DNA from: Peptococcaceae bacterium
GTDB taxonomy: Bacteria; Bacillota; Desulfotomaculia; Desulfotomaculales; JACDOK01
Length of the DNA: 64,000 nucleotides
Direction: 5' to 3'
NCBI GenBank assembly: GCA_017656185.1
Contig: JACDOK010000001.1
Coordinates: 64,205-128,204 of the forward strand
The notes under the pieces are model-generated. The model saw only the letters and a list, made by a program, of their open reading frames with translations. It had not been told where the DNA came from and searched no databases. Below are positions 18,653-27,433 of this stretch, piece by piece (position 1 is the first letter of the stretch; every line of letters starts with the position of its first letter). The position numbers were made by a program, and so were the translations under genes.

Positions 18653-19573
18653 TTAGCTATGGCAGTGGGAATAGCAGTAACAATTTGCCGGGCACTGCTC
18701 CGGTGTCCCTGGGTCAATTTCTTCATATATCATACGCGCTTTATCATCCCGGGCCTCGATAAACCACTGGCGCAGCTCGTCGTCAATAACATGTAGGTCT
18801 TTTTTAATTATCAGCCTGTTGTCCTGAAACTTGGCGTATACGAGACAACCAATATTGACTGGAAACTCGTAGATCGCTTCCATTACCATCGCGTAACCGG
18901 TAGTGCATAACCGGTGAAAGTCTTTGGGTTCACCGAACTTTAGATCCATAATCATAGGCTCGCAGAACGTAAAAGCATCGGTACTAAGATTGCTGCTCAA
19001 ACCCAGAAAACTGCCGTCCAGACGCTGCTCAACGACAACAGGAACGGCTAAGTTCACCAGGGAGTCCTCACCAATATACGGCTGCTTGATTAAGATTTCC
19101 TGAATACGAGACACAATGCGCGAAGTTTCGAAGTCGGTTACAATCTGCACTTTTTCTTTTAGATCATTAACGTCATCCTCGGCTAGGTCCCGGGCATATG
19201 GCTCTAAAGATAGCGACTCCAACTCCTGTAAAGCTTGGCAGATCTTAGTATAATTATTTACGCCCTCAGTGTAAATAAGACGTTTGGCCGAAACCAGTAC
19301 ATGCACCATTGCGGCGTGCAGTATCTTACCCCGCACCATAGCCGGGCTCGGTTCAGGCCGCACCTTCTGCACGCGACGCAAGTAAAGGTCGCGATTAGTA
19401 GGACAGTAGCCATTGGCCACCTCGTAAATGGCCAGAACGGTATCGTAAACCGGTTCCAGCGGCGGCTGGTGCCAGTTCCACCCGCGCAGTTCCTCGGCGA
19501 CACCACGCTCCCGGGCTTTAGGCAAATACCCCCGTAACAACTGTTTTCTTTCTTCGTCAGTTAGAAAATACAT
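18653..19573 (-). CDS. csa1: Csa1-like (Cas4-related RecB-family) CRISPR-associated protein
   Basis: 306 aa, immediately downstream of cas4. C-terminal Cys cluster CPANCYCYSHC. Size and position fit Csa1; the family call is from memory. Confidence 0.55.
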   Translation of the reverse strand: MYFLTDEERKQLLRGYLPKARERGVAEELRGWNWHQPPLEPVYDTVLAIYEVANGYCPTNRDLYLRRVQKVRPEPSPAMVRGKILHAAMVHVLVSAKRLIYTEGVNNYTKICQALQELESLSLEPYARDLAEDDVNDLKEKVQIVTDFETSRIVSRIQEILIKQPYIGEDSLVNLAVPVVVEQRLDGSFLGLSSNLSTDAFTFCEPMIMDLKFGEPKDFHRLCTTGYAMVMEAIYEFPVNIGCLVYAKFQDNRLIIKKDLHVIDDELRQWFIEARDDKARMIYEEIDPGTPEQCPANCYCYSHCHS

Positions 19574-19575
19574 GG

Positions 19576-20145
19576 TTACACATCCCCACAGTAGAGTTTA
19601 AATTCGCACTCCTGGCAGCGACCGGGGCGTCTTCGCAGCATAGGGAAATGTTCACCGGTAACCAGCCGTCTAATCTGAGTAAGCAGCCGCTTTACGTATA
19701 AACGGGCATTGGGCGTAATATCGAGAGCGTATACCTTTTTTGTCATGATCATATAAAGATAACCGCAACGTACGGGCTTTTGATATAGGTCTTCCAGAAG
19801 CATTGCATAGGCTACCAACTGATACTTGTGGTTTAAAGCGGGTTTGCAGGAGGTATATTTGCATTCTACAGGAAAGCAACCCTGTAATGTAACAATATGC
19901 ATATCCAAGACGCCTTCTAATCCCAGACGCTCACTCACCAGGCGGGTACGAAACCGCCGCTCACCTTCCTGTAACTTGTACGACTTTAGGCGGCGCCTTT
20001 TTTCCAAGCGTTCAAACTCAATGTGTTCTTCCTTACCGTGGATCATTTTGCGTGTGATTTTCTTATCCACTGGTATGACGTAGGTAAAGTAGATGATGCG
20101 GGGACAGTAGAGAAACTGTTTAATATCGCTGACTTTGAGCATCAT
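19576..20145 (-). CDS. cas4: CRISPR-associated exonuclease Cas4
   Basis: N-terminal FLYCPRIIYF and C-terminal CQECEFKLYC (the four-Cys Fe-S ligands), with a RecB-type core. Confidence 0.85.
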   Translation of the reverse strand: MMLKVSDIKQFLYCPRIIYFTYVIPVDKKITRKMIHGKEEHIEFERLEKRRRLKSYKLQEGERRFRTRLVSERLGLEGVLDMHIVTLQGCFPVECKYTSCKPALNHKYQLVAYAMLLEDLYQKPVRCGYLYMIMTKKVYALDITPNARLYVKRLLTQIRRLVTGEHFPMLRRRPGRCQECEFKLYCGDV

Positions 20146-20486
20146 ACCACAAGGACCTCTCCCCTTTTAGGAACGTAGGCAGCATACGGAGCCGGTGCTT
20201 CCGCAGCTTCCTCCGTCTTAGCAGGTTTAATATTTATCTCTTTGAGCAGGCGAATATCCTTGTCACAGACCGGGCAGATCACAATATTTCCTTCTTTGGA
20301 GCCAAGGATCTTTCTTAACCGCTGGTAAAGTTCTTCTCGCCGGTTCTGCGTCAGATCTCCGAAAAAAGCTGAATACTGGATATGTGTTAAACCATAATCC
20401 TTACAGGCGTTAAAAACTTTATTACGGATCTTATCCTCGACAATATCGTAAAACACGAAGGTTTTCACATTACCATCCCCCCACAA
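20142..20486 (-). CDS. cas2: CRISPR-associated endoribonuclease Cas2
   Basis: VFYDIVEDKIRNKV...YGLTHIQYSAFFGDL is a Cas2 ferredoxin-fold pattern. The start is either ATG 20486 (overlapping cas1) or GTG 20468. Confidence 0.85.
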   Translation of the reverse strand: MWGDGNVKTFVFYDIVEDKIRNKVFNACKDYGLTHIQYSAFFGDLTQNRREELYQRLRKILGSKEGNIVICPVCDKDIRLLKEINIKPAKTEEAAEAPAPYAAYVPKRGEVLVV

Positions 20487-21477
20487 AGGGCTTGTACTTT
20501 GTCTCGCCCCTTAGGAAGGAGGCAATGCGCCGGGCCTGCATCTGGATAACAGCTTGAAGCTTGTACTTCTTACCATTGTAGCTTTCTTCCGCGTTCAGCC
20601 GTTCCATAACGCGTTTAGCTATCTCCCGCCGTGTTTCCTGGCTAAGCCCGTTGTCATCGACTTCAAGAGCAATTCCTTTGTTAGTCATCGCCACAACGAC
20701 GCGGTCTACAATAATGGGGCGGAATTCTTCCACAAGATCCAACACAAGAGAAGGTTTTCCCGGCCGGTCGCTGTGCAGGTAACCGGCAAAAGCATCAAGA
20801 CCGGCCAGGTTTATTGCTCCCCAAATCTGGTTATATAGGATGCCGTAACCATAGTTGAGTGTGGAATTGAACGGGTCTAAGGCACCGCGACGTTCACGCC
20901 CTTCGAAATCGATATGGTCCGCAACTAAAATCTTTAGCCCGTCCCAGTAATGCTGAGCAGCCCGTCCCTCGACAGCCAACAACTGCCCTCGAATTTCTTC
21001 GATGCGGGGGGCATCTAAGGATGATAATTGGCTGCGAACCCTGTCAATCTCGCCAACTAAACGGGAAATATCTTGATATGTTTCTGGATTTTTTGCCCGG
21101 CGATACTTGGCAAAATACTTCAAAATATTGGCCTGGTTCTTGATCTTACCTTCCACAAAAGCCTTGGCCAACTCAACCCCACGGTGGTCGGCGTAAGCCA
21201 GGATCTGTTCACGGCGGGTGATGACCGTACCAGTGAGATTGGGTGACGATAGCTTAGCGTATGGCTTGCCGGAAAAGGAAAGGAAGTTTATCTGGATGCC
21301 GTATTCTACACACTCCCGGATCACATCGGTGGATAATGATACGCCCTTACTGACAATAGTGATTTGTTCAATATCTCGGAAAGGAGCTTCACCAATGACC
21401 GCACCCTTTTGTCGTAATAATAACCGTTCACTCTTCTTCCCTAAGGAAATTCCAAAATCTGACACGACAATATGCAT
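20470..21477 (-). CDS. cas1: CRISPR-associated endonuclease Cas1
   Basis: ATG at 21477 follows GGGGAGGTG. The Cas1 catalytic region is HSDRPGKPSLVLDLVEEFRP. Confidence 0.9.
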   Translation of the reverse strand: MHIVVSDFGISLGKKSERLLLRQKGAVIGEAPFRDIEQITIVSKGVSLSTDVIRECVEYGIQINFLSFSGKPYAKLSSPNLTGTVITRREQILAYADHRGVELAKAFVEGKIKNQANILKYFAKYRRAKNPETYQDISRLVGEIDRVRSQLSSLDAPRIEEIRGQLLAVEGRAAQHYWDGLKILVADHIDFEGRERRGALDPFNSTLNYGYGILYNQIWGAINLAGLDAFAGYLHSDRPGKPSLVLDLVEEFRPIIVDRVVVAMTNKGIALEVDDNGLSQETRREIAKRVMERLNAEESYNGKKYKLQAVIQMQARRIASFLRGETKYKPFVGGW

Positions 21478-21542
21478 CGGAAATTGGCACCTCCCCGTGC
21501 AAGATATGTCGGTGGAGGTATAGTTTACCATGCACATTGTCG

Positions 21543-21606
21543 TTTGTTCAATAAAACGGCGATATTAGTGGGATTTCAGCAGGATAAGTGGGGATTCGCT
21601 TCTATT
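21543..21606 (-). repeat. Degenerate CRISPR-repeat-like element in the cas3'-cas1 intergenic region
   Basis: Minus strand reads GAATCCCCACTTATCCTGCTGAAAT. It shares colinear blocks TCCCC / TTATC / GCTGAAA with the array repeat, with about 9 nt deleted from the centre. TTGAACAAA follows at 21551-21543. Confidence 0.35.
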
Positions 21607-21673
21607 GTCGCCCACCATATAAGTATTCATATGGAGGCAAGTTTGCCAAGATACTTTGCCCGCACAAACGGTA

Positions 21674-23353
21674 TTACTCGTCCGCCGCCCAGAACCGTAC
21701 GATACAGTTCCGTCCGCTGCCGAGTCGCCCATATTCCTTATCACCGATCCGTAAGCAAATGTTGTCATCTTCTTCTAGTGGGCTGGTTTCCGGGCTTATT
21801 TCCAACACAGTCCAATACGTCCCGAAGCCTTTGAAGTCTATCTTTGCGAGTAGATAGGTGGTCCTATCCACTTTCTTCTGCCAAGCGCAGGACTTTACCT
21901 CGCCCATTACAGGTAGACGACGGGGGGCAAAGTAGTAGCGTTCTAAACTTGGTACACCTTCCACCTTACCGTTCCGCAGTCTCAGTTGCTTGCGGAACAG
22001 CGTGCGGTAGTTGATGTATTCGCCGCTCTCGTAGCGCGTGAAGGGCGTCAAGCCGCGAAAAGCGAACAGGCGGTCAACGCCTTTCGTCTCAAGGAGTTGG
22101 CATAGCGCCAAGTCGTCGCCTGTGACAAAGTCGGGAGCGTCCCATAACTTGTAATAACAATACGCCGCCAACCCATTCAATAACTCGCTCGGCTCGCGCA
22201 AGGGGAACTGCTGCCGCAGTAGTTCTAGAAACTCGCACCGTTCATACGTTGCCTTGAGCGTATCACGTTGACTGTAGAGTGTACTGCTGTAACATAGCAC
22301 AAATGCCGGTTTCCCTGACCGGGCTGCTCGCCCGAACCGCTGCAAGAAACTCTCGGCGTAGGTCTCCTCGATGACTAGATTCGCCGCATCGAAATCTACT
22401 CCCGCCTCAATCGCGGGCGAACCCATCAAGCAGTACGCCTTGGGGTTTCCCTCGAAACGGCGGAAGTTGGCAAGTCGCTGCCTTTCGGACATCTTGTCTT
22501 GTCCTACAAAGACCATCTCGCTGGCGCGGTGGGCGTCCAGGCATCGCGCTATCTGCCACGCTTTAAACGCGGAGTTGAAGATGCCGACCACGTTGGTAGT
22601 GATGCCCAACTCGCGCAAGTCGGTGGCGATGTTCTCTGCGTTCTCTTTGTTTGGCTTTAGATGCAGCGTGACGTCGCCCGTGAAAGAAACACCTTCAATT
22701 CTATCGTCATCGTTCATGCCCAGTTCGGTTTGCAACAACGTCCACAAATCTTCAGGAAACGTGGCGGACAAAAAGTAAAAGCGACTGTCGCGCGTACCCG
22801 TTCCCGACTGCCAGTATTTCACCGTGCGGATGAAGTAGCGTAACGACGATTGCATAAGCGCGTTATAGCAGTGCACCTCGTCGAACACGAAGTTATATTT
22901 GCTGAGAATAGTCATCGCTGCTGCGCGCCCCGCTCTGCTGCCGTCCAGCAACGCAATCAATTTGTCTGGTGTGATGAGCACGTAAGGTCTGGTCACTGCT
23001 TGGGCGATGTCGCTCTCTGACACACCGCCCCAGAGTCGATAAAAATCATTCTCTGTCAGCCCGAAAAGAGACCCATAGCGCACCAGTTGATTCGTCTGGT
23101 CCAACACTAACGCGCGAAATGGGTACACGAAGACAGCGGGCGTCAAATTCTCAAACAATGGCGCCGCGATGGCCAACGTCTTTCCGGAAGCCGTTGGCGC
23201 CACTAATGCCAGATGGCGCCCTGCCTTGACCTTCGTATACGTCTCCGATTGGAGCGGCGCGAACAGCGTTGGATACCTTCGTCGAAATGCCGCGCACGGC
23301 GAAGGATTTGGAACGGACGCAGGCCTCTCGCCACGTATCGTAATATTATCCAT
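21674..23353 (-). CDS. cas3: Cas3' helicase (DExH) lacking an HD nuclease domain
   Basis: Motif I LVAPTASGKT and motif II FDEVHCYN. At 559 aa there is no room for, and no H/HD motif of, an N-terminal HD domain. Confidence 0.8.
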   Translation of the reverse strand: MDNITIRGERPASVPNPSPCAAFRRRYPTLFAPLQSETYTKVKAGRHLALVAPTASGKTLAIAAPLFENLTPAVFVYPFRALVLDQTNQLVRYGSLFGLTENDFYRLWGGVSESDIAQAVTRPYVLITPDKLIALLDGSRAGRAAAMTILSKYNFVFDEVHCYNALMQSSLRYFIRTVKYWQSGTGTRDSRFYFLSATFPEDLWTLLQTELGMNDDDRIEGVSFTGDVTLHLKPNKENAENIATDLRELGITTNVVGIFNSAFKAWQIARCLDAHRASEMVFVGQDKMSERQRLANFRRFEGNPKAYCLMGSPAIEAGVDFDAANLVIEETYAESFLQRFGRAARSGKPAFVLCYSSTLYSQRDTLKATYERCEFLELLRQQFPLREPSELLNGLAAYCYYKLWDAPDFVTGDDLALCQLLETKGVDRLFAFRGLTPFTRYESGEYINYRTLFRKQLRLRNGKVEGVPSLERYYFAPRRLPVMGEVKSCAWQKKVDRTTYLLAKIDFKGFGTYWTVLEISPETSPLEEDDNICLRIGDKEYGRLGSGRNCIVRFWAADE

Positions 23354-23365
23354 TCGTTTCCCACC

Positions 23366-23971
23366 TCAACCTACCAGAGGCACGACATAATCGCCCACCT
23401 TCAATCGCCTCATACGCGGTAGGATCGGCACAGCAACGATAAGGTAACGACCTGTAGCTGCAATGGGGCGATAGGCAGGCAGTTTAACCAAGTCGGACAC
23501 AGTCACTTGCACAGGTAACACAACGGGCGCGCTGTTAATGGTGTCGGGTTCCACGTCGTCCTCGATGTGGCAAGCGGTGATAACGGCAGCCGCCCGCTTC
23601 TTGCCAATGAGAAACACCTGCCCCACCTGTAACGACGGCACTTCCCCCCACGCGACAAAGCGAAACCGCGAACCGGGCAAGAGGAGTTCCTGTCTGCCAA
23701 ATCGCAATAGCCCTGCCTTCGGATCATCTCCCGCCTTGTAAATCACTTCGGTTGTTCGCACCTCTATGGCCTCGGCGGGCGTGCAATCGAACGGAAACGT
23801 CAATGGTTGATATTCCTCGCGTTTGTCCCGTTGCAGAACTTCCGCATAGGTAATCGCGCTGGCAACCGCCTCTTTTGTAAAGAACTTATGCGTGCGTGCG
23901 CGACTCGCGTAGAACTCACGTACGTTCATCGTGGATGACTCCAGCATGAACTCTACATAAGCGGCTTGCAC
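23366..23971 (-). CDS. cas5: Putative Cas5-family (Csc1-like) RAMP protein
   Basis: GTG at 23971 lies 6 nt after AGGAGG, which overlaps the upstream stop. About 201 aa. Called from its position between the cas7-like gene and cas3'. No strong motif seen by eye. Confidence 0.4.
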   Translation of the reverse strand: MQAAYVEFMLESSTMNVREFYASRARTHKFFTKEAVASAITYAEVLQRDKREEYQPLTFPFDCTPAEAIEVRTTEVIYKAGDDPKAGLLRFGRQELLLPGSRFRFVAWGEVPSLQVGQVFLIGKKRAAAVITACHIEDDVEPDTINSAPVVLPVQVTVSDLVKLPAYRPIAATGRYLIVAVPILPRMRRLKVGDYVVPLVG

Positions 23972-23981
23972 GACGCACCTC

Positions 23982-24818
23982 CTATTCTTCCTGCACTGTT
24001 TCCTTCTGGGCATCAACACTTTGGAATTTCGTTGACAACTGGTTGATGGCTTCAAATAGATCATCGCCCGTCAAAACATCCTCCGCCGTCACACCGACAG
24101 CTGCCTGGGCGAACTCTTCGATCTGCTTAGCCAGGGATTTCTCACTCGAAAGCAACCTGTAAACAGACAGATGTGCAAAACCGTTTGCCATCAGCAGCCA
24201 ATCGGTGGTCGCGTTCCCACGCAGTTTCGAGTAGTTACCGTACCCCAGTCCATCCGCCAACTGGTTACCATGCAGAAATAGCATGAGATCGCGCTGACTA
24301 GGCTTAATGAGCCGCACAATGAAGGGAAATTCCGTGCCAGGCGGAACAATGACCTCCTGAAACGGCGTCGGGTTGGCGTTTGGTTCATCGGGAAGTCGTA
24401 CGCGAAACTTTTCGTCGTACTCATAGGGCTGAACAGAGATGAGGTCTTGCACCTTTAGCCGCGAAAACAGCGACTTGTTATTGTCTGTGCTCAAGCCTCC
24501 TAGCAACCCACATACTTCACACGCAACGCAAGGCTTGTCTACAGTGCAGTTATTCACGTTGAGTTTTGCCAACAGGACGCGACGCAACACGCCATTGTAT
24601 TTGCGCGCCAGCCACCAGTACCGTTCCTTGCCCGCGAACTCCACCTTCGCCGTCTCGCGTAACGTGCCAATGCCTTCGCTCGACACAAACAGTGCTTCGC
24701 TTTCCAGTCGCTTGATACCCACCAACGTCAAGACTCCCTCACGCATGAGGTTGATGCGCGTGGCGTCGAAGGCCTCTGGTACGCCCCACTTTACAGGCAA
24801 CCGGTCAATGAAATTCAT
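23982..24818 (-). CDS. cas7: Putative Cas7-family backbone protein (Csc2-like / type III-like RAMP)
   Basis: 278 aa. ATGA start/stop overlap with the upstream gene. CVACEVCGLLGG resembles the CxxCxxFG-type loop of Csm3/Cmr4-like Cas7 proteins. Confidence 0.5.
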   Translation of the reverse strand: MNFIDRLPVKWGVPEAFDATRINLMREGVLTLVGIKRLESEALFVSSEGIGTLRETAKVEFAGKERYWWLARKYNGVLRRVLLAKLNVNNCTVDKPCVACEVCGLLGGLSTDNNKSLFSRLKVQDLISVQPYEYDEKFRVRLPDEPNANPTPFQEVIVPPGTEFPFIVRLIKPSQRDLMLFLHGNQLADGLGYGNYSKLRGNATTDWLLMANGFAHLSVYRLLSSEKSLAKQIEEFAQAAVGVTAEDVLTGDDLFEAINQLSTKFQSVDAQKETVQEE

Positions 24819-27415
24819 TCTGACTCGCCTCCTTTGTAGTGGTTATAGTAGAACAGCAAATAGAGGTCCATATCGGCAATGGTGCGCGAGAAGTCCCCCA
24901 AAGGACAGCCTTCCCTCTCGCAAGTGGAGATAATCTCTTCCACAAGCTCAAGCACCTGCTTAACCAACTCTTGGTTCGCTCCGCGTTCATGTTCACGACG
25001 ATAGGCATTAAGCAAGCGAGTACCCCATGATCGCGCTGAATCGGCATCGCGCACCATTTTGATGCTTTGGATCCACTTAACCAGCTCGACGCCTGTATAC
25101 TGCTCCTGCTGCGTCTTCCAAAAACCCTTGGCACGAGGACACCATCCGTTCTCAACCAACAACCTTACAATCTTTAACCCCAACTGAAACTTCCAATCGC
25201 CCTGGGTAGCGATTTGCTCCGCCACGTCAATCACCTCCTTCACTTTGTCCGCTCCTGGTGAGAAGCTGTCCCGATGTTTCTTGCGCCATATCAAAGTGAC
25301 TGCGCGACGCGGGTTGTTCAGCAACTCAAGGAACAATCCTTGATTGAGCACGTAACTTTTCTTCGTCTTGCGTCTATTAGCGTCAGCTATACGGTAAGCG
25401 AGCGACGCGCGGCGCATTTCGTCCAACGTAACTTCTTCGCCGAACACTGAAAATTGATAATCAGTGGGCGTGACGTAATGAAGAGAGCCTCCCGTCAGGC
25501 GATAGAAGTCATACATCGTCGCTTTGATGAGTTCACGTTTAACGGCGCCACTTATGCCTTCTTCGCCTACCAATCGTTCGACAGGTATGCGCACCCCCAC
25601 GATGCTGCTAATGCGGTTCAGCGTCGGTAACGCAAAGCCTTTCAGTTGCGATAATCGCTTTCTGCTCCGCCCATAGACAGACAGCATATCAGCACCGATG
25701 TCCTCACCAATAAGAGCTTGTAGACCTGTCAGTTCCGCTGTGACAGAAGTCATCTCACTGTCTTGCTCTGATATCTCTGTCGCCTCGTGGCTTTCCTCTT
25801 CGATTTCCTCTACCGTTGCCGCGTGTGCAACGACATCAATCAACTTTTGCAGTCGCTCTTTAGCGAGCGGGCTATTGATGAGCAAATATTCACGCTGTTT
25901 GTTGACGCTCTGTCCTCTTGGTTTCGTAACCCTGGCGATAGGTAGGTCCATATAACCTGCTGTGAAACACCATTGGCAAACACGAATCATAGAGTGAGTT
26001 TTACGGTGAGTTTGGAACACACTGTCCGTCTTTGGGCTGCCCGTGATAAGACCCTGCCCTTGTATCTGCTGCGGGAAACAACGACAGATAGGACAAAGAG
26101 ATTTATTACGTAGGCTACGTCGTCCCGTGACGTGCGAACCGTTCAGCAAAGCAAACTCAGCAACCTGTAAGTTGTAAACACCACTTTGAACGTCCTCTTC
26201 CATACGTCGCAACTCCAAAACGACGTTTGTCAGCGAACGGTAACCATTCGATGAATAATCGAATAACTTGAGCAGTTCTTGCAAATCTTTCTGCGTTTTC
26301 CTGTCGAGTTCCTTTGGCGCTTTCAGGTACTCTGCCAATTTCTCCCCACGCTGAATACCTGCTGGCACGACATGGGTGGGTAACTTCAGGGACCTTCCTT
26401 GAGACGCAACCTTCTCACGCACCTTTTGCCAGAGAGACTTAATACCGTTCTCTAAACCATCCCTAAAGATTTCGGCCGCTTGTTCAATCGTATCCGACAA
26501 ATCATATCGTTCCAGTATCTCTCGAATACTTCTGCGACCGTAAAGTGCAGTGGCTAACTTGATAGCGATGGCTTCGTTGACAAGGAGATACTTCACGCTG
26601 GAAACCTCTAGTTCAGGCGGCAGTCCTGACAATATCGTGTCGAAGATTTTCTCATTAAACAATGCCTCATAGAGCATCTTAGGATTGACCGTCAGCCCTG
26701 TCAGCGCTTCCCGCACTTGCGATTCGTCGCCAACCACCCACAAAGTTCCGCGCTTTTGAAGAAGGATATCTAGGCCCCGTTCTATCAGTTCGGGTGCGAG
26801 TTGCTGAAATATCATGTTTGCCAACAGCACGTCCTCAACGGAGTGCGCGGGCAGATCGATGCGATGTATACACCCGCTTAACCCTTCTGTGAAACCCAAG
26901 GAGTGGGTCAATTCCATGTTTATTTGTGTATAAGGGTTTGATGCCAGCAGCAATTGGATGTTGCCGACGAATCCCCTTTCTAGGCAAGAGGCAATGACAT
27001 CCGCAATAGATACCAGAATCGCCGCCTTATACTCGACTAACAGCGATGGGCAGCAAGAATGATGTTCCTCTGCGATCTTCAGGAGGATACGCCTATCTGC
27101 ATCTAGGTTGATGCCATTGTCTTGCAGCAACATACGAAATCGTTGATCATCAAGCAAATCATCGAGATACTTTGACGAGTAGGAGCTATGGACCCACTGG
27201 TCACCTCGGACGTCCTGTTCAATCTTACCGACATCGTGGGTTAGCGCTCCGACACGCACGATATCGGCTTGATCGCCGACCATTTCCATATTCTTTGTAA
27301 TTAGATATTCAGCAACCTGGAACACATCATTGGAGTGCTCGAAGATGCTTAATCGCGGTTGGGTTTTTCCTGTGTAAGTGATGTACTTGTCGTAGGTGGT
27401 AAGTTCATGGGTCAT
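24815..27415 (-). CDS. CRISPR large subunit with an N-terminal Cas3''-type HD nuclease domain (Cas10d-like)
   Basis: 866 aa. HD motifs FEHS...GALTHDVGK...AEEHHSCC. Central CPICRC...CQWC zinc-finger-like pairs. No GGDD cyclase motif. Helical C-terminal region. Confidence 0.6.
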   Translation of the reverse strand: MTHELTTYDKYITYTGKTQPRLSIFEHSNDVFQVAEYLITKNMEMVGDQADIVRVGALTHDVGKIEQDVRGDQWVHSSYSSKYLDDLLDDQRFRMLLQDNGINLDADRRILLKIAEEHHSCCPSLLVEYKAAILVSIADVIASCLERGFVGNIQLLLASNPYTQINMELTHSLGFTEGLSGCIHRIDLPAHSVEDVLLANMIFQQLAPELIERGLDILLQKRGTLWVVGDESQVREALTGLTVNPKMLYEALFNEKIFDTILSGLPPELEVSSVKYLLVNEAIAIKLATALYGRRSIREILERYDLSDTIEQAAEIFRDGLENGIKSLWQKVREKVASQGRSLKLPTHVVPAGIQRGEKLAEYLKAPKELDRKTQKDLQELLKLFDYSSNGYRSLTNVVLELRRMEEDVQSGVYNLQVAEFALLNGSHVTGRRSLRNKSLCPICRCFPQQIQGQGLITGSPKTDSVFQTHRKTHSMIRVCQWCFTAGYMDLPIARVTKPRGQSVNKQREYLLINSPLAKERLQKLIDVVAHAATVEEIEEESHEATEISEQDSEMTSVTAELTGLQALIGEDIGADMLSVYGRSRKRLSQLKGFALPTLNRISSIVGVRIPVERLVGEEGISGAVKRELIKATMYDFYRLTGGSLHYVTPTDYQFSVFGEEVTLDEMRRASLAYRIADANRRKTKKSYVLNQGLFLELLNNPRRAVTLIWRKKHRDSFSPGADKVKEVIDVAEQIATQGDWKFQLGLKIVRLLVENGWCPRAKGFWKTQQEQYTGVELVKWIQSIKMVRDADSARSWGTRLLNAYRREHERGANQELVKQVLELVEEIISTCEREGCPLGDFSRTIADMDLYLLFYYNHYKGGESE

Positions 27416-27433
27416 TATCTCTATCCTCTCCCA

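Noticed and set aside
21487-21530. Possible anti-Shine-Dalgarno hairpin upstream of cas1 (ACCTCC about 20 nt before GGGGAGGTG)
   Set aside because: The stem is only 6-7 bp with a large loop. ACCTCC is expected by chance at this frequency. It is not distinguishable from noise without comparative data.
21674-27415. Impression of different codon or dinucleotide usage (more CGCG) in the interference genes, suggesting horizontal transfer
   Set aside because: I cannot compute composition reliably by eye. It would need GC3, codon-adaptation and k-mer statistics against the genome background.
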